Assembly (NCBI GenBank): GCA_963708505.1
Contig: CAVPST010000002.1
Location: 149,287 to 213,286 of the forward strand
Direction: 5' to 3'
Origin: an uncultured Thermoleophilia bacterium
Lineage (GTDB): Bacteria; Actinomycetota; Thermoleophilia; Gaiellales; Gaiellaceae
Length of the DNA: 64,000 nucleotides
The first letter of the stretch is position 1. Every line of letters starts with the position of its first letter. Both the position numbers and the translations under genes were made by a program. Shown here in pieces: positions 8,637 to 17,991 of this stretch. The notes beneath the pieces are model-generated. The model worked only from the letters and a program-made list of their open reading frames with translations, ran no database searches and had not been told where the DNA came from.

Positions 8637-10598
8637 CTAGTGGACGAGCCGGCCGCCGAGCGTTCCGCTCAGCGCGTTGCCCTGCAGTCCGAGAACTCCG
8701 GCCGCCGCGGCGCCACCACCGATCGTCAACGTGCCCTGGAACCCGATCGGCGGTCCGAACTTCGTGATCTTGAGCGTGCCGCTGACCGCGACTCCCCGGG
8801 CGACGCTGTACCGGACGAGCTTGAACGACTGACCCGATGTGGCGTAGAAGTAGCCGCCGAAGACACCTGGAATCCGCTCGGACGTTCCCGAGAGACCCAC
8901 CGTCATCAGCCACGCGGCTTCCGCCTCGTGCACGGTCTTCGAGACCGTCGTCAGCGTCTTCGCGGGCGTTGCCGGATGAGCCGGCTTCGCCTGCCCCGGC
9001 GACGGGAGGCCGGGCACATCGACGACGAGAGGCTTCGAACGCGGGCAGGCAGCCGGCACGACGGCTCCCGTCATCCACGAGTGGACGGCGCGCGCGGCGC
9101 AGGCCGAGAAGTCGGCGGTCACCGTGCTGTGGCCGATGCCCGGGACGACGAGGAGCTTGCCCTGCGGGAACCGGGAGACGACCGACGTGGCGCCGGCGGT
9201 CGGCGTGCGCATGTCGAAGCCGCCGCTGACGGCGAGCACAGGCACGTTGGGCAGCGGGCCGGCACCCAGCGGCGCGCCGCCCGACGGGCTCGGCCAGCCG
9301 AGGCAGAAGTCGGCGTTTCCGAACGCGGCCGACCACGGCCCGAACGGCCCGAGGGTGCCTGGCGCCAGCGCCGCGATCGCGGCCTGCTCGAGTGCGGGCC
9401 GATCGGCCGGGGGAGTGTCCGGCGACCACGGGAAAGGCCCGTCATGGCACACGGTGGCCGCGTAGAGCGCCGAGCTCAGCTCGATCGAGGGTTCCGAGGA
9501 GCCGCCGTTGTTCAGGTCGGCGACGCGTACGAGCGGCTGCATGTTGCCGTTCCGTGCAGCCTTTACGACCGCCGGCAGCTCGGCCGCCAGGCCCGGGTTC
9601 AGGTCGGCCGACAGGATGAGCGAGAGCAGGTCGACCCCGTCCACCTGCACCGCAGTAGCGCGCCCGTTCGGCTCCGTTGCCTTGCCGTGGAGCGGCTTCG
9701 CGGCGAGCTTGTTCGCCAGGGCGACGACGTCTGCCGGGAAGTTGCTGGTCGCGGCCTTGCACCCGCCGTCCGAGCAGAAGCGGGCGAGGGTTCCCGGCAG
9801 GGCCTGCAGGACGTTCGCCGAGTAGGGGTCGGGCGCCTCGGGAGGCAGCACCGAGTCGAGCAGCATGCGCTCGACGTGATCCGGATGGGCGAGCGCGTAG
9901 GCGAGCGCGAGCTTCGTCCCGTACGAAACGCCGAAGAGGGCGACCTTGTCGAAGCCGAGGGCTACACGGACCGCCTCGAGATCCTCGGCGTGATCGCCGG
10001 TGCTGTAGAAGTCGCGCGCCGGCCCGATCTCGTTCGCGCAGGTCGCCGCGGCGACGCGCTCCGTGTCGGCCGTGATCGCAGCCTGCAACTCGGGGCAGTC
10101 CAGAAGGCCGGAATCGCCGGTGCCGCGGTCGTCGTACGCCACGAGCGTGTAGCCGGGGAAGAGATAGCGGTACAGAGACACCGCGCTGGCGTCACCGAGC
10201 CCGTAGACGTGAGCGGAGCCCTGGCCGGGCCCGCCGGCAATCAGGAAGACCACGCCGCGAGGCGTGCCCGCCGCCGGCAGTTCCTCGACGTGCAGCGCGA
10301 CCGTCCCCGGGAAGACGCCCGTGCGGTCGAGCGGGACGACGACCGTCGCGCAGAGCACGCCGGTCGGCTTGCCGCACGGTGTCGGCGCGTCGCCGGCGGT
10401 CTGCGAACCGAATCCGACCCGCGTCGCCGGCCGCGCGATGCCGATGCCGACGGCGCGGTGCAGCAGCAGCGTCCGCACCTGCGACGCGGACAACTCGTGC
10501 GCCTGGGCTGCCCCGGCGGTGCCTGCGATCGCGAGCAACACAAAGCCCACGGCCAGCGCCGCCCAGAACCCCATCTTCACGCCGCCGCCTCGCTTCAC
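8637..10598 (-). CDS. Secreted alpha/beta hydrolase, tripeptidyl-aminopeptidase (TAP)-like
   Basis: It has a signal peptide GFWAALAVGFVLLAIAGTAGAAQA, the motif FLIAGGPGQGS, the nucleophile elbow GVSYGT, and AYDDRGTGDS. The long C-terminal extension is typical of TAP-like proteases. Confidence 0.8.
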   Translation of the reverse strand: MKRGGGVKMGFWAALAVGFVLLAIAGTAGAAQAHELSASQVRTLLLHRAVGIGIARPATRVGFGSQTAGDAPTPCGKPTGVLCATVVVPLDRTGVFPGTVALHVEELPAAGTPRGVVFLIAGGPGQGSAHVYGLGDASAVSLYRYLFPGYTLVAYDDRGTGDSGLLDCPELQAAITADTERVAAATCANEIGPARDFYSTGDHAEDLEAVRVALGFDKVALFGVSYGTKLALAYALAHPDHVERMLLDSVLPPEAPDPYSANVLQALPGTLARFCSDGGCKAATSNFPADVVALANKLAAKPLHGKATEPNGRATAVQVDGVDLLSLILSADLNPGLAAELPAVVKAARNGNMQPLVRVADLNNGGSSEPSIELSSALYAATVCHDGPFPWSPDTPPADRPALEQAAIAALAPGTLGPFGPWSAAFGNADFCLGWPSPSGGAPLGAGPLPNVPVLAVSGGFDMRTPTAGATSVVSRFPQGKLLVVPGIGHSTVTADFSACAARAVHSWMTGAVVPAACPRSKPLVVDVPGLPSPGQAKPAHPATPAKTLTTVSKTVHEAEAAWLMTVGLSGTSERIPGVFGGYFYATSGQSFKLVRYSVARGVAVSGTLKITKFGPPIGFQGTLTIGGGAAAAGVLGLQGNALSGTLGGRLVH

Positions 10599-10657
10599 GC
10601 GGGCTCACGGTAGCGGCTTCGGGCGACGGTTGGTGCTGCCGTTAGTCTGGTTCGCCG

Positions 10658-11083
10658 ATGCAACTCCGGCCCGACCTCGATGCGGCGTGGTTCAACCAGC
10701 TCGGAGGCGAGCACTTTCCGGGCTACGTCGGCGTCGAGATCACATCGGTCGAGCAGGGTGCGGTGACCGCCCGTCTCGCGGTCCGGCCGGAGCTCTTCGC
10801 ACCGAACGGGTTTCTCCATGCCGGTGCCGTCGTGACGCTCGCCGACACGGCGGCCGGGTACGCCACGGTCGCGCACCTGCCCGACGGAGCTCGAGGCTTC
10901 ACGACGCTCGAGCTGAAGACGAACTTCGTGCGGGCGGCCCGGGAAGGCGTATTGGGGTGCGAGGCAAGGGCGGTTCACCTCGGGCGCTCGACCCAGGTCT
11001 GGGACGCGACGGTGAGCGTCGAGGGCGAGGATCGTCCGGTCGCGGTCTTCCGCTGTACCCAGCTCGTGCTCTACGACGCCTGA
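10658..11083 (+). CDS. PaaI-family hotdog-fold thioesterase
   Basis: 141-aa ORF with ...NGFLHAGAVVTLADTAAGYA...ELKTNFVRAA. It overlaps the convergent MerR gene by 13 nt. Confidence 0.78.
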   Translation: MQLRPDLDAAWFNQLGGEHFPGYVGVEITSVEQGAVTARLAVRPELFAPNGFLHAGAVVTLADTAAGYATVAHLPDGARGFTTLELKTNFVRAAREGVLGCEARAVHLGRSTQVWDATVSVEGEDRPVAVFRCTQLVLYDA

Positions 11084-11508
11084 GACGCTCGGCGCGCCGC
11101 CGGATGCACAGGAGGCAGAGGCAGCCCGCCCGCATCGTCGAAGAGCGCGCACGCATCGAGGTCGGGACATTCGCAGCGGGCGGCGCACTCAAGCCATTCG
11201 CGGACGAGCGTCGCGCGCTCGATCGACGCGGCAAGCTCGGGGAGCCTTCGCTCCGCGATTGCGCGCAACTCGTCGACGGATCCGGTGGAGCTCCCGAGCA
11301 GGACGCCGATCTCGGCGAGGGTGAGACCGGCGCGTTGGGCGATGTCGATCACCGCGAGCGCCCGGACTGTGGACTCGGGGTAGCGGCGGCGTCCGGCGAC
11401 CCGTGGCGGAGCGGGGAGCAACCCGATCGCCTCGTAGTAGCGGATCGACGAGGCGGCCCGGCCGCTCAGCTCGGCAAGCCGGCCGATCGTGAGCTCCGCG
11501 CTTGACAT
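11071..11508 (-). CDS. MerR family transcriptional regulator
   Basis: This is the C-terminal 145 aa of ORF 11071-12159, starting at MSSAELTIGRLAELSGRAASSIRYYEAIGLL (MerR helix-turn-helix). The Cys-rich tail is ECAARCECPDLDAC. The ATG lies at 11506-11508. Confidence 0.85.
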   Translation of the reverse strand: MSSAELTIGRLAELSGRAASSIRYYEAIGLLPAPPRVAGRRRYPESTVRALAVIDIAQRAGLTLAEIGVLLGSSTGSVDELRAIAERRLPELAASIERATLVREWLECAARCECPDLDACALFDDAGGLPLPPVHPAARRASQAS

Positions 11509-11532
11509 CAAGTCGACTTTAACATCCACGAT
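11502..11532 (+). promoter_or_regulatory. Candidate MerR-type promoter/operator for the divergent small gene
   Basis: TTGACA (11502-11507) is followed by a 19-nt spacer and then CACGAT (11527-11532). A perfect 10-bp palindrome AAGTCGACTT (11510-11519) sits inside the spacer. Over-long 19-bp spacers with a central dyad are the MerR hallmark. The -10 element is weak. Confidence 0.4.
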
Positions 11533-11556
11533 GGTCCGACCCGAACGAAGGAGGAC

Positions 11557-11880
11557 GTGATGAGCAAGGCAATCGCCTGCACCCTGGGCGGGTCGGATCT
11601 CTCCACGCAGCGGAGCCGCTGGTTCGAGCTCGCCGGTCGGACACGGTTCGAGCGCTCGGAGCTCCCGACGGGGCTGCGGTTGGTTTTCGGCGAGGCGCCC
11701 GGCGTCGGCGAGGCGCTCGGGCAGCTCGTCGATGTCGAGCGCGAGTGCTGCGCGTTTGCCGACTGGGAGCTGAATCCGGGCGAGGGCGAGTTCACGCTCG
11801 ACATCACCGCGGAGGGCGATGCGATCGACGTGGTCCAGGGCATGTTCTCCCAGCTCGAGGCGGTGACCGGAGCCCGATGA
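11557..11880 (+). CDS. Small hypothetical protein with an ECC motif, divergent from MerR
   Basis: 107-aa ORF with GGAGGA just upstream of GTG-ATG. It contains VDVERECCAFADWEL. No family is recognised with confidence. Confidence 0.55.
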   Translation: MMSKAIACTLGGSDLSTQRSRWFELAGRTRFERSELPTGLRLVFGEAPGVGEALGQLVDVERECCAFADWELNPGEGEFTLDITAEGDAIDVVQGMFSQLEAVTGAR

Positions 11881-12210
11881 ACTCAAGCCGGGAAGCCCGC
11901 GAACTGGCGCTGGGAGAACGACGGTTGGCGGCCCGCCGCGGTCACGGTTCCGGCAGACGGCGTGGTGATCGCCGAGGGCTGCTTCCTCTTTGCCGCCAAC
12001 GGCTGCGCCGAGTTCGACCTGAGCGTCTGGCTCGAGCTTCCGCTCGATCAAGTCGTGGAGCGCGCGCTGGCCCGCCCCCGCGATCTCGAACGGATGGGAG
12101 GGCCGGCCGGGGTGCGCGAGCGCTACGAGACGCGCTATCTCCCGGGTCAGCGGCTGCACGTCGCGGCAGACGCCCCTGCTACCCAGGCTGACGTCGTCGT
12201 CCCCGCCTGA
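11881..12210 (+). pseudogene. C-terminal remnant of a uridine-kinase-like P-loop NTPase; the N-terminal P-loop half is absent
   Basis: The frame is open from directly after the previous stop. It reads ...WRWENDGWRPAAVTVPADGVVIAEGCFLF...DLSVWLELPLDQVVERALARPRD, which resembles the distal half of uridine/AAA kinase-like proteins. There is no Walker A motif and no plausible start before GTG 11962. Confidence 0.4.
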
Positions 12211-12227
12211 CGCCGCAGGTTGCGAGA

Positions 12228-12560
12228 ATGGGTCCGGTCATGCCCCGGCGTCTCGCAGGGACGGTGTTCTACCTCGAGCGAATCGCGCTACCGCCGACGG
12301 CGGAGCTCCATGTGGCGCTGGTCGACGTGGCCGACCCCGAGAAGCCGGAGCAGATCGTCGCGGAGCTGACCGAGCTCCTCGGCGACCGCCAGGTCCCGCT
12401 GCCGTTCGCTTTCGACGTGGGGGAGGCAGAGGGACCAGAGGCGCTCGTCGTACGGGCGGAGCTCCGGAGCGACGGCTCAGTCGAATTCGAGTCTGAGGAC
12501 ACCCCGGTTCGCCCCGGTGAAGAGATCGGCGTCCGGGTGCGGAGGCGGGCCGCACCATGA
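12228..12560 (+). CDS. YbaY-like (COG3126-type) domain protein
   Basis: 110-aa ORF. TVFYLERIALPPTAELHVALVDVADPE resembles the repeated module of YbaY-family lipoproteins. The family call is from memory. Confidence 0.45.
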   Translation: MGPVMPRRLAGTVFYLERIALPPTAELHVALVDVADPEKPEQIVAELTELLGDRQVPLPFAFDVGEAEGPEALVVRAELRSDGSVEFESEDTPVRPGEEIGVRVRRRAAP

Positions 12561-13489
12561 CCGCGAGCTATCGCGACCACCTGCCTCAGGCCGCCGGCGG
12601 GACGTTCATCACCGACGGCGGCATGGAGACGACGCTGATCTATCACGCGGGCATCGATCTGCCGCACTTCGCCTCATTCGTGCTGCTCGACGACGCGCGC
12701 GGGATCGAAGCGCTCCGCGACTACTACGTGCCGTACATCGAGATCGCGCGGGAGCGCGGCGTCGGGATCGTCCTCGACACGCCCACCTGGCGAGCGAACC
12801 CCGAGTGGGGGGCTCGGCTCGGTTACTCGCCCGAGGCGCTGCTGGACGTCGACCGGCGCGCTGTGGCGCTGCTCGAAGGGCTTCGCGACGAACAGCCGCT
12901 GATCGTGATCAGCGGCTGCGTCGGTCCTCGCGGCGACGGCTATCGAGCAGAGGATCTGATGTCCGCTGGCGAAGCGGAGCGGTATCACTGGCCCCAGATC
13001 GGAACGTTCGCCGGCACGGCAGCCGATCTGGTCAGCGGGTTGACCCTGACCTATGCGAGCGAGGCGGTCGGAATCGTCCGCGCCGCAGAGCAGGCGGCGA
13101 TACCGGTGGTCGTGTCGTTCACGGTCGAGACGGACGGCCGGCTCCCGAGCGGCCAGCCGCTCGGCGAGGCGATCGACGAGGTCGACGCGCAGACGGATGG
13201 GGCTGCGGCGTACTTCATGGTCAACTGCGCGCATCCAACCCATTTCGCCGACGTGCTCGACGACGGCGGCGCCTGGGTCGAGCGAATCCGCGGGGTGCGC
13301 GCCAACGCCTCGGCGAAGAGCCACGAGGAGCTCGACCGGTCGGACGAGCTCGACGAAGGCAGCCCGGCCGAGCTCGCCGAGCAGTACGTCGACTTGACGA
13401 CCCGACTTCGGAACCTGAACGTCGTCGGCGGCTGCTGCGGCACCGATCACAGGCACATCGCTGCGATCTGCACAGCTCTCGCGACCTGA
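12557..13489 (+). CDS. Homocysteine S-methyltransferase family protein
   Basis: It has TDGGMETTLIY near the N-terminus and the zinc-site motif VVGGCCGTDHRHI near the C-terminus. It shares an ATGA start/stop overlap with the previous gene. Confidence 0.85.
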   Translation: MTASYRDHLPQAAGGTFITDGGMETTLIYHAGIDLPHFASFVLLDDARGIEALRDYYVPYIEIARERGVGIVLDTPTWRANPEWGARLGYSPEALLDVDRRAVALLEGLRDEQPLIVISGCVGPRGDGYRAEDLMSAGEAERYHWPQIGTFAGTAADLVSGLTLTYASEAVGIVRAAEQAAIPVVVSFTVETDGRLPSGQPLGEAIDEVDAQTDGAAAYFMVNCAHPTHFADVLDDGGAWVERIRGVRANASAKSHEELDRSDELDEGSPAELAEQYVDLTTRLRNLNVVGGCCGTDHRHIAAICTALAT

Positions 13490-13601
13490 GGCATTCGCGG
13501 AAAGTCAGGGGGTGTACCCCGGTGCGAACCGCCGTCCGCCGGGTCGACCATCTCCGGACACGGAGGCAAAGAACCCGCCTCACAACTGGAGGGAGTAGCT
13601 C

Positions 13602-14246
13602 GTGTCAAAGCTGATCTTGCTCATTGGTGCCGTCGCCCTTACGGCGATCGCGGCGGTCACCGCCGTCGCGTCGAGCAGCACCGACGTCAAGACGTTCAAC
13701 CTGGCGGTGAATCCGAAGTTCGTCAAATGTCTGGCCAAGTTCCCCACCGACCCGTCGCGGCCGCCGTCGGCCACGGTGGAAGTCAGGAAAGGCGATCTGA
13801 ACGACCGCCTCGCCCTGCACCTTCGCAACGTCAAGCCGGGACTCGGCTTCGACCTCTTCACGCTGCAGCGCAGCACGCTCGACTCGGGCGGGAAGGTGAT
13901 CAGCCCGGCGCAGAGCGTCGGACTCGCCTGGTACCAGTCGGATATCCAGGCCGACGACAACGGCAACGGCGACGTCGAGATCCGCACGATCCTGGCCGAC
14001 CAGATCTTCGGCGTGAACGCCGACCAGGTTCCGGCGAACCCGATCAACACCTTCAACCTCGGGTTCTGGTTCAACAACCCGCAGAACGCCGTGGAGTGCG
14101 GCTTCGATCCGACGCATCCCACGCCGTTCAACGGCGAGCACAACGCAGGCCCGCTCGCCATGATCAGCGTTCCCGACGCGAAGACCGGCCTCGGGCCGCT
14201 CTGCCTCAACCCGGATGCAGGGCAGCCCAGCGGCTGCAATCCATAG
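13602..14246 (+). CDS. Secreted hypothetical protein with no family recognised
   Basis: A GGAGGGA ribosome-binding site lies upstream. The signal peptide is MSKLILLIGAVALTAIAAVTAVASS. The mature part has four Cys, and a strong hairpin follows the gene. Confidence 0.6.
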   Translation: MSKLILLIGAVALTAIAAVTAVASSSTDVKTFNLAVNPKFVKCLAKFPTDPSRPPSATVEVRKGDLNDRLALHLRNVKPGLGFDLFTLQRSTLDSGGKVISPAQSVGLAWYQSDIQADDNGNGDVEIRTILADQIFGVNADQVPANPINTFNLGFWFNNPQNAVECGFDPTHPTPFNGEHNAGPLAMISVPDAKTGLGPLCLNPDAGQPSGCNP

Positions 14247-14264
14247 GGCTTTCACGCCTGTTGC

Positions 14265-14302
14265 GGGCGCCGGCCGTCTCCTCACGGAAACGGCCGGCGC
14301 CC
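14265..14302 (+). terminator. Stem-loop downstream of 13602-14246
   Basis: GGGCGCCGGCCGT (14265-14277) pairs perfectly with ACGGCCGGCGCCC (14290-14302) around a 12-nt loop. GGCTGTTCGG follows. Confidence 0.55.
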
Positions 14303-14342
14303 GGCTGTTCGGCGGCGGGCGGTTTGGTAGAAGGCAGTCGAC

Positions 14343-14849
14343 GTGTTCGAGTCGGAGGCGGAAGTCGGCGAACTGGACGCCCTCATGGATCGGACGTTCG
14401 CACGGGCCAATCCGCACCTCGCAGGGATCGTCAAGCCTGCCCGCCGTCTCAACGCGCGCCAGGTCGTCCGCTATCTGCAGGGGACGAAGCACGTGGCGTT
14501 CGCGACCGTGAACGAGAGAGGAGAGCCGCGGGTCGCGCCGCTCGACGGCGTCTTCATCAGAGGTCGCTTCACCGTCTCGACGGGCGGCGAGGCCGCCCGG
14601 CTACGTCATCTGCGTGCCAACCCGGCGTGCAGCGCCGCGCACGTGGACGGCGACACAGTAGGCATCGTCGTGCACGGGCACGCAACGATCATCGGGCGTG
14701 ACGACGACGGCGTCGAGGAGCTCGAACCGATCTGGCGCGACATCTACGGCTCGAGCCCGTTCGAGTGGGGAGAGGGCGTCGTCTTCATGCGCATCGAGCC
14801 GACTTCGATGTGGGCCTATGCGTTCCATCCCGAGGCGTTCCCGGAGTAG
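14343..14849 (+). CDS. Pyridoxamine 5-prime-phosphate oxidase family protein (PPOX / F420-class fold)
   Basis: 168-aa ORF with the pattern ...HVAFATVNERGEPRVAPLDGVFIRGRFTVSTGGEAARLRHLRANP... Confidence 0.72.
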   Translation: MFESEAEVGELDALMDRTFARANPHLAGIVKPARRLNARQVVRYLQGTKHVAFATVNERGEPRVAPLDGVFIRGRFTVSTGGEAARLRHLRANPACSAAHVDGDTVGIVVHGHATIIGRDDDGVEELEPIWRDIYGSSPFEWGEGVVFMRIEPTSMWAYAFHPEAFPE

Positions 14850-14888
14850 CCCGCCGGCAGACCCCGGGTGGACGCCGGGTGCGGGCGG

Positions 14889-17105
14889 CTACGCGTCTCG
14901 TTCGAGCGCTCGCGACGGGTCGACGAGCCCCAGCGTGACGGCGCGCTCGATCGCATCGCTTCGTGAGGAGACGCCGAGCTTGCGGTAGGCCGAGATCGCC
15001 TGGGTCTTGACGGTGTTGCGCGAGACATGAAGCCGCTCGGCGATCTCTCTGAACGAGAGGTGCGTGGTCAGTAACGGCAAGAGCCGCAGCTCGGACGCGG
15101 TGAGCGACGACTCCCAGCCTGTTTTTGCATGGCGTTTCCGATCCAGCTCGTGCCCGAGCGCTTCGGCGTGCTCGTTGAGCACGCCGAGATCGGGCCGTCT
15201 CGCGAGGATCGCGTCGACCTCCGTCATCAGCTCTCTCGCGCGGATCGACTCTCCGAGCGCGAGGTACGCGCGAGCCAGTTCGAGGCGAGCCTGCACCGCA
15301 AGATGCGGGAGGACGTAGGTGAGGCGCTTCGTCAGCCGCTCGGCTCGCTCGAGCTCCTCGTGCGCGCGACCCCAGTCGCTGTGCCGCAGCGCGGCGCGGG
15401 CCGCAGCCGCGTAGGTGAAGGCGCTCGTGACGTAGTCCTCCAACTGCCCGGTCCGCATCACCTCACGCGCCTGGGCCACGAGCGCATGTGCGGCGGGCCA
15501 GTCGTCGCGCCCGATCGCGAGCAGTGATCGCTGTGCGAGGGACAACGAGACGCCCGGTATGGCGCCGGAGCTCAAGCCCGCCTCCGTGGCCTCCGCAAGG
15601 ACCGAGTCCGCCCGCGCGTCGTTGCCGGCAAGCATCAGAGCCGTTCCGAGCACGATCAGCGCGTTCGTGCGGAACGGGCTGGTGGGTGCGAGGGTCGCGG
15701 CCGCCAGCGCGGCGTCGTCGAGCATGCCCACGGCGCCGCCCTGGCCGGCAAACGCCCGCGCCAGCGCCTTCCAGGCGGTGACCGGGCTTCCGTCGGGCAT
15801 CGGTCGGTCGGTCGTGCTGCGCTCGGCCGCGTCACGCCAGCGCTCCGCATGCTCCGCACGCCCGAGGAGCGCGTAGAACTCGGCGCCGTAGACGGCGACG
15901 GCCGGATAGCGTTCGAGCAGGGCCGAATCGTCGAGACGCGACAGCCAGCGCTCGACGGTTGCATAGCGGCCGCGCCAGTACGTCGGCAGCATTGCTGCTT
16001 CGACCAGGCGGACGAACCGGTCCTGATCGCCCGCTGCGTGCGCGTACTCGATCGCGGCGTCGATGTCGCCCTGCCGCTCGCACCAATCGGCGGCTCGACC
16101 GTTGAGCGTGGGAATGAGAGCGAGCTCGCGACGCTCCAACTCGTCTCTCAGCATGTCCCGGAAGAGGTGATGGAAGCGATACCACCGCCGCTCGTGATCC
16201 AGTGGAATGACGAACAGATTCGACTGCTCGAGGTCTTCGAGTGCGCTTGCCGAGCCGCTGCCGTCGAGGACCGCGTCGCAGAGCGCCCCGCACATCCGAT
16301 CGAGCACCGAGAGACGCGTGAGGAACTCGATCCGGCTCGGCGGCAGATTGGCGAGAAGCTCCGAACGGAAGTAGTCGCTGACGAAGCGGTCGGCGCCGCG
16401 AAATGCGGATGTCGGCGAGTGTGTCGTCCTGAGCGACAGCGCCGCCAGGTACAGGCCCGCGGGCCAGCCCTCGGTCCGATTCGTCAATTCGGCGATCTCC
16501 TCGTCCAAAAGCTCGACGCCGGCCGCACGTAGGAGCGCGCTCGCCTCCCGTTTGCTCAACCGCATCTCGTCGGTACCGACCTCCACCAACCGGCCCTCGG
16601 TCCGGAGCCGCGCGACTGGCACCGGGACGTCTGCACGACCCGAGAGCGCGATCTGCGACTCGTTGGGCAGGTGTTCGACGAGCGCGGCCACAGCCGCGAT
16701 GCACTCCAAGTCCGTGAGCAGGTGGACGTCGTCGAGCACGAGCACGAGCGACTCGTCGAACGATGCCAGCGACCGGCCCAGCCGTGCGGTCACCTCGGTG
16801 GCGGACGCTCCGGGGGACGCCAGGGCCTCGAAGACCGAGGGATCGAGAGGAGCGACCCGGTCGAGCGCAACCGCGAGGTAGGTGAGGAAGGTGACGGGGT
16901 CGTTGTCGGACTCGTCGAGCGCGACCCAGGCAAACGGACGGTCTGCAGCTCGAGCCCACTCGGCGAGGAGCGTGGTCTTGCCGTAACCGGGCGGTGCGGT
17001 GAGGACCGTCGCCCCGGCGGGACGCCGCACGCGCAGGCGATTCACGAGCGCGGTCCGGCGAATCGTCCCCTCGCGCGACGGAGGCGGGACCAGCTTCGAC
17101 TCCAT
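14889..17105 (-). CDS. LuxR-family transcriptional regulator with a MalT-like STAND ATPase N-domain
   Basis: Walker A APPGYGKTTLLAEWA, a long helical/TPR-like middle region, and the C-terminal helix-turn-helix LSFREIAERLHVSRNTVKTQAISAYRKLGV. The first about 75 codons of ORF 14889-17384 have low GC3, so I prefer the start at ATG 17105 (MESKLVPPP) or GTG 17156. Confidence 0.85.
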   Translation of the reverse strand: MESKLVPPPSREGTIRRTALVNRLRVRRPAGATVLTAPPGYGKTTLLAEWARAADRPFAWVALDESDNDPVTFLTYLAVALDRVAPLDPSVFEALASPGASATEVTARLGRSLASFDESLVLVLDDVHLLTDLECIAAVAALVEHLPNESQIALSGRADVPVPVARLRTEGRLVEVGTDEMRLSKREASALLRAAGVELLDEEIAELTNRTEGWPAGLYLAALSLRTTHSPTSAFRGADRFVSDYFRSELLANLPPSRIEFLTRLSVLDRMCGALCDAVLDGSGSASALEDLEQSNLFVIPLDHERRWYRFHHLFRDMLRDELERRELALIPTLNGRAADWCERQGDIDAAIEYAHAAGDQDRFVRLVEAAMLPTYWRGRYATVERWLSRLDDSALLERYPAVAVYGAEFYALLGRAEHAERWRDAAERSTTDRPMPDGSPVTAWKALARAFAGQGGAVGMLDDAALAAATLAPTSPFRTNALIVLGTALMLAGNDARADSVLAEATEAGLSSGAIPGVSLSLAQRSLLAIGRDDWPAAHALVAQAREVMRTGQLEDYVTSAFTYAAAARAALRHSDWGRAHEELERAERLTKRLTYVLPHLAVQARLELARAYLALGESIRARELMTEVDAILARRPDLGVLNEHAEALGHELDRKRHAKTGWESSLTASELRLLPLLTTHLSFREIAERLHVSRNTVKTQAISAYRKLGVSSRSDAIERAVTLGLVDPSRALERDA

Positions 17106-17502
17106 GACGACGAAGCTCGACTGTGGGGCGTGCAGGCTGGGCGCCGCGACGCCCACTACAAACCCTGGCGTCGCGTTCGTGGTAGCCGTGTCTCGTGAAT
17201 TGCCATGCCCAGATCCCATCTCTCCGTACTCAGGACGCTGACTGACCCCTTCGTCGGAAAGTGCGGCATACCCGACGCGATCTCGACAGACTCGGCAGCG
17301 GAAACGAGCCGTCGTCGAAGCCTTGAAATTCCCCCGGTTCTCGCTCGAACGCGCTCCCTTCCCCAAGGTGCGGACCCGAGACATCGGCTCGGCTGGTGTT
17401 CGCCCTGGCGAACGGCGCGAGCCAACTGGCCAATTGTCTGGCGAAAACCTATCTAGTTCGGAAGCACCAGTGGCGAGAGCGCCGCTTCGTCACCAGTTCG
17501 AC

Positions 17503-17853
17503 TCAGCCCGGAAACCAGCTGAGCGCTTCCTCGACGTCGTAGCCGAGTGCGAGACTCAGTTTCGGTGCCGCCGAGACGACGCGGGATGACCCGACGGCGG
17601 GCATCACTGCGAGCAAGCAGCCGACGATCTCGTCGGCCGTCGCCCCGTGGTTGCGCGCGGATTCGATCGACGACATGTACGACGGTGTTGCTGCGTCGAT
17701 TGCGATCAACGCGCCCAGACGGACGAGCGCGTGCGTCTTCCCGTCGAGACCCGAATCTTCTGTCGGGTCCCAGTCCTGCGCTGCCAGGATCGATTGGACG
17801 TACGCGTCGTCCCGGATGGAAAGCCTTCTGAGGATTTCCTCGTGCGCTGCCAC
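17503..17853 (-). CDS. Carboxymuconolactone decarboxylase (AhpD-like) family protein
   Basis: 116-aa ORF with ...GKTHALVRLGALIAIDAATPSYMSSIESARNHGATADEIVGCLLAV... Confidence 0.78.
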   Translation of the reverse strand: MAAHEEILRRLSIRDDAYVQSILAAQDWDPTEDSGLDGKTHALVRLGALIAIDAATPSYMSSIESARNHGATADEIVGCLLAVMPAVGSSRVVSAAPKLSLALGYDVEEALSWFPG

Positions 17854-17991
17854 GCGGCACGATTCGACAACACGAGGCGTCGCGCTGCATCATCCGGTCG
17901 GGGTGAATACTCGACCATCGGTGTGTGGTTGGCTCTCTCGGAGTGCTGAGCCTTTCCGAACCACTGGCGCGGCCACCGTGCCACTCGGAGG

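Noticed and set aside
17106-17502. N-terminal extension of the LuxR/MalT-like ORF (to 17384) and several 60-90-aa ORFs in this gap
   Set aside because: The third-position G+C of these codons is clearly lower than in the real genes here. MalT-type proteins normally begin close to the ...KLxPP... segment found at 17105. I therefore treat this stretch as a non-coding leader or promoter region.
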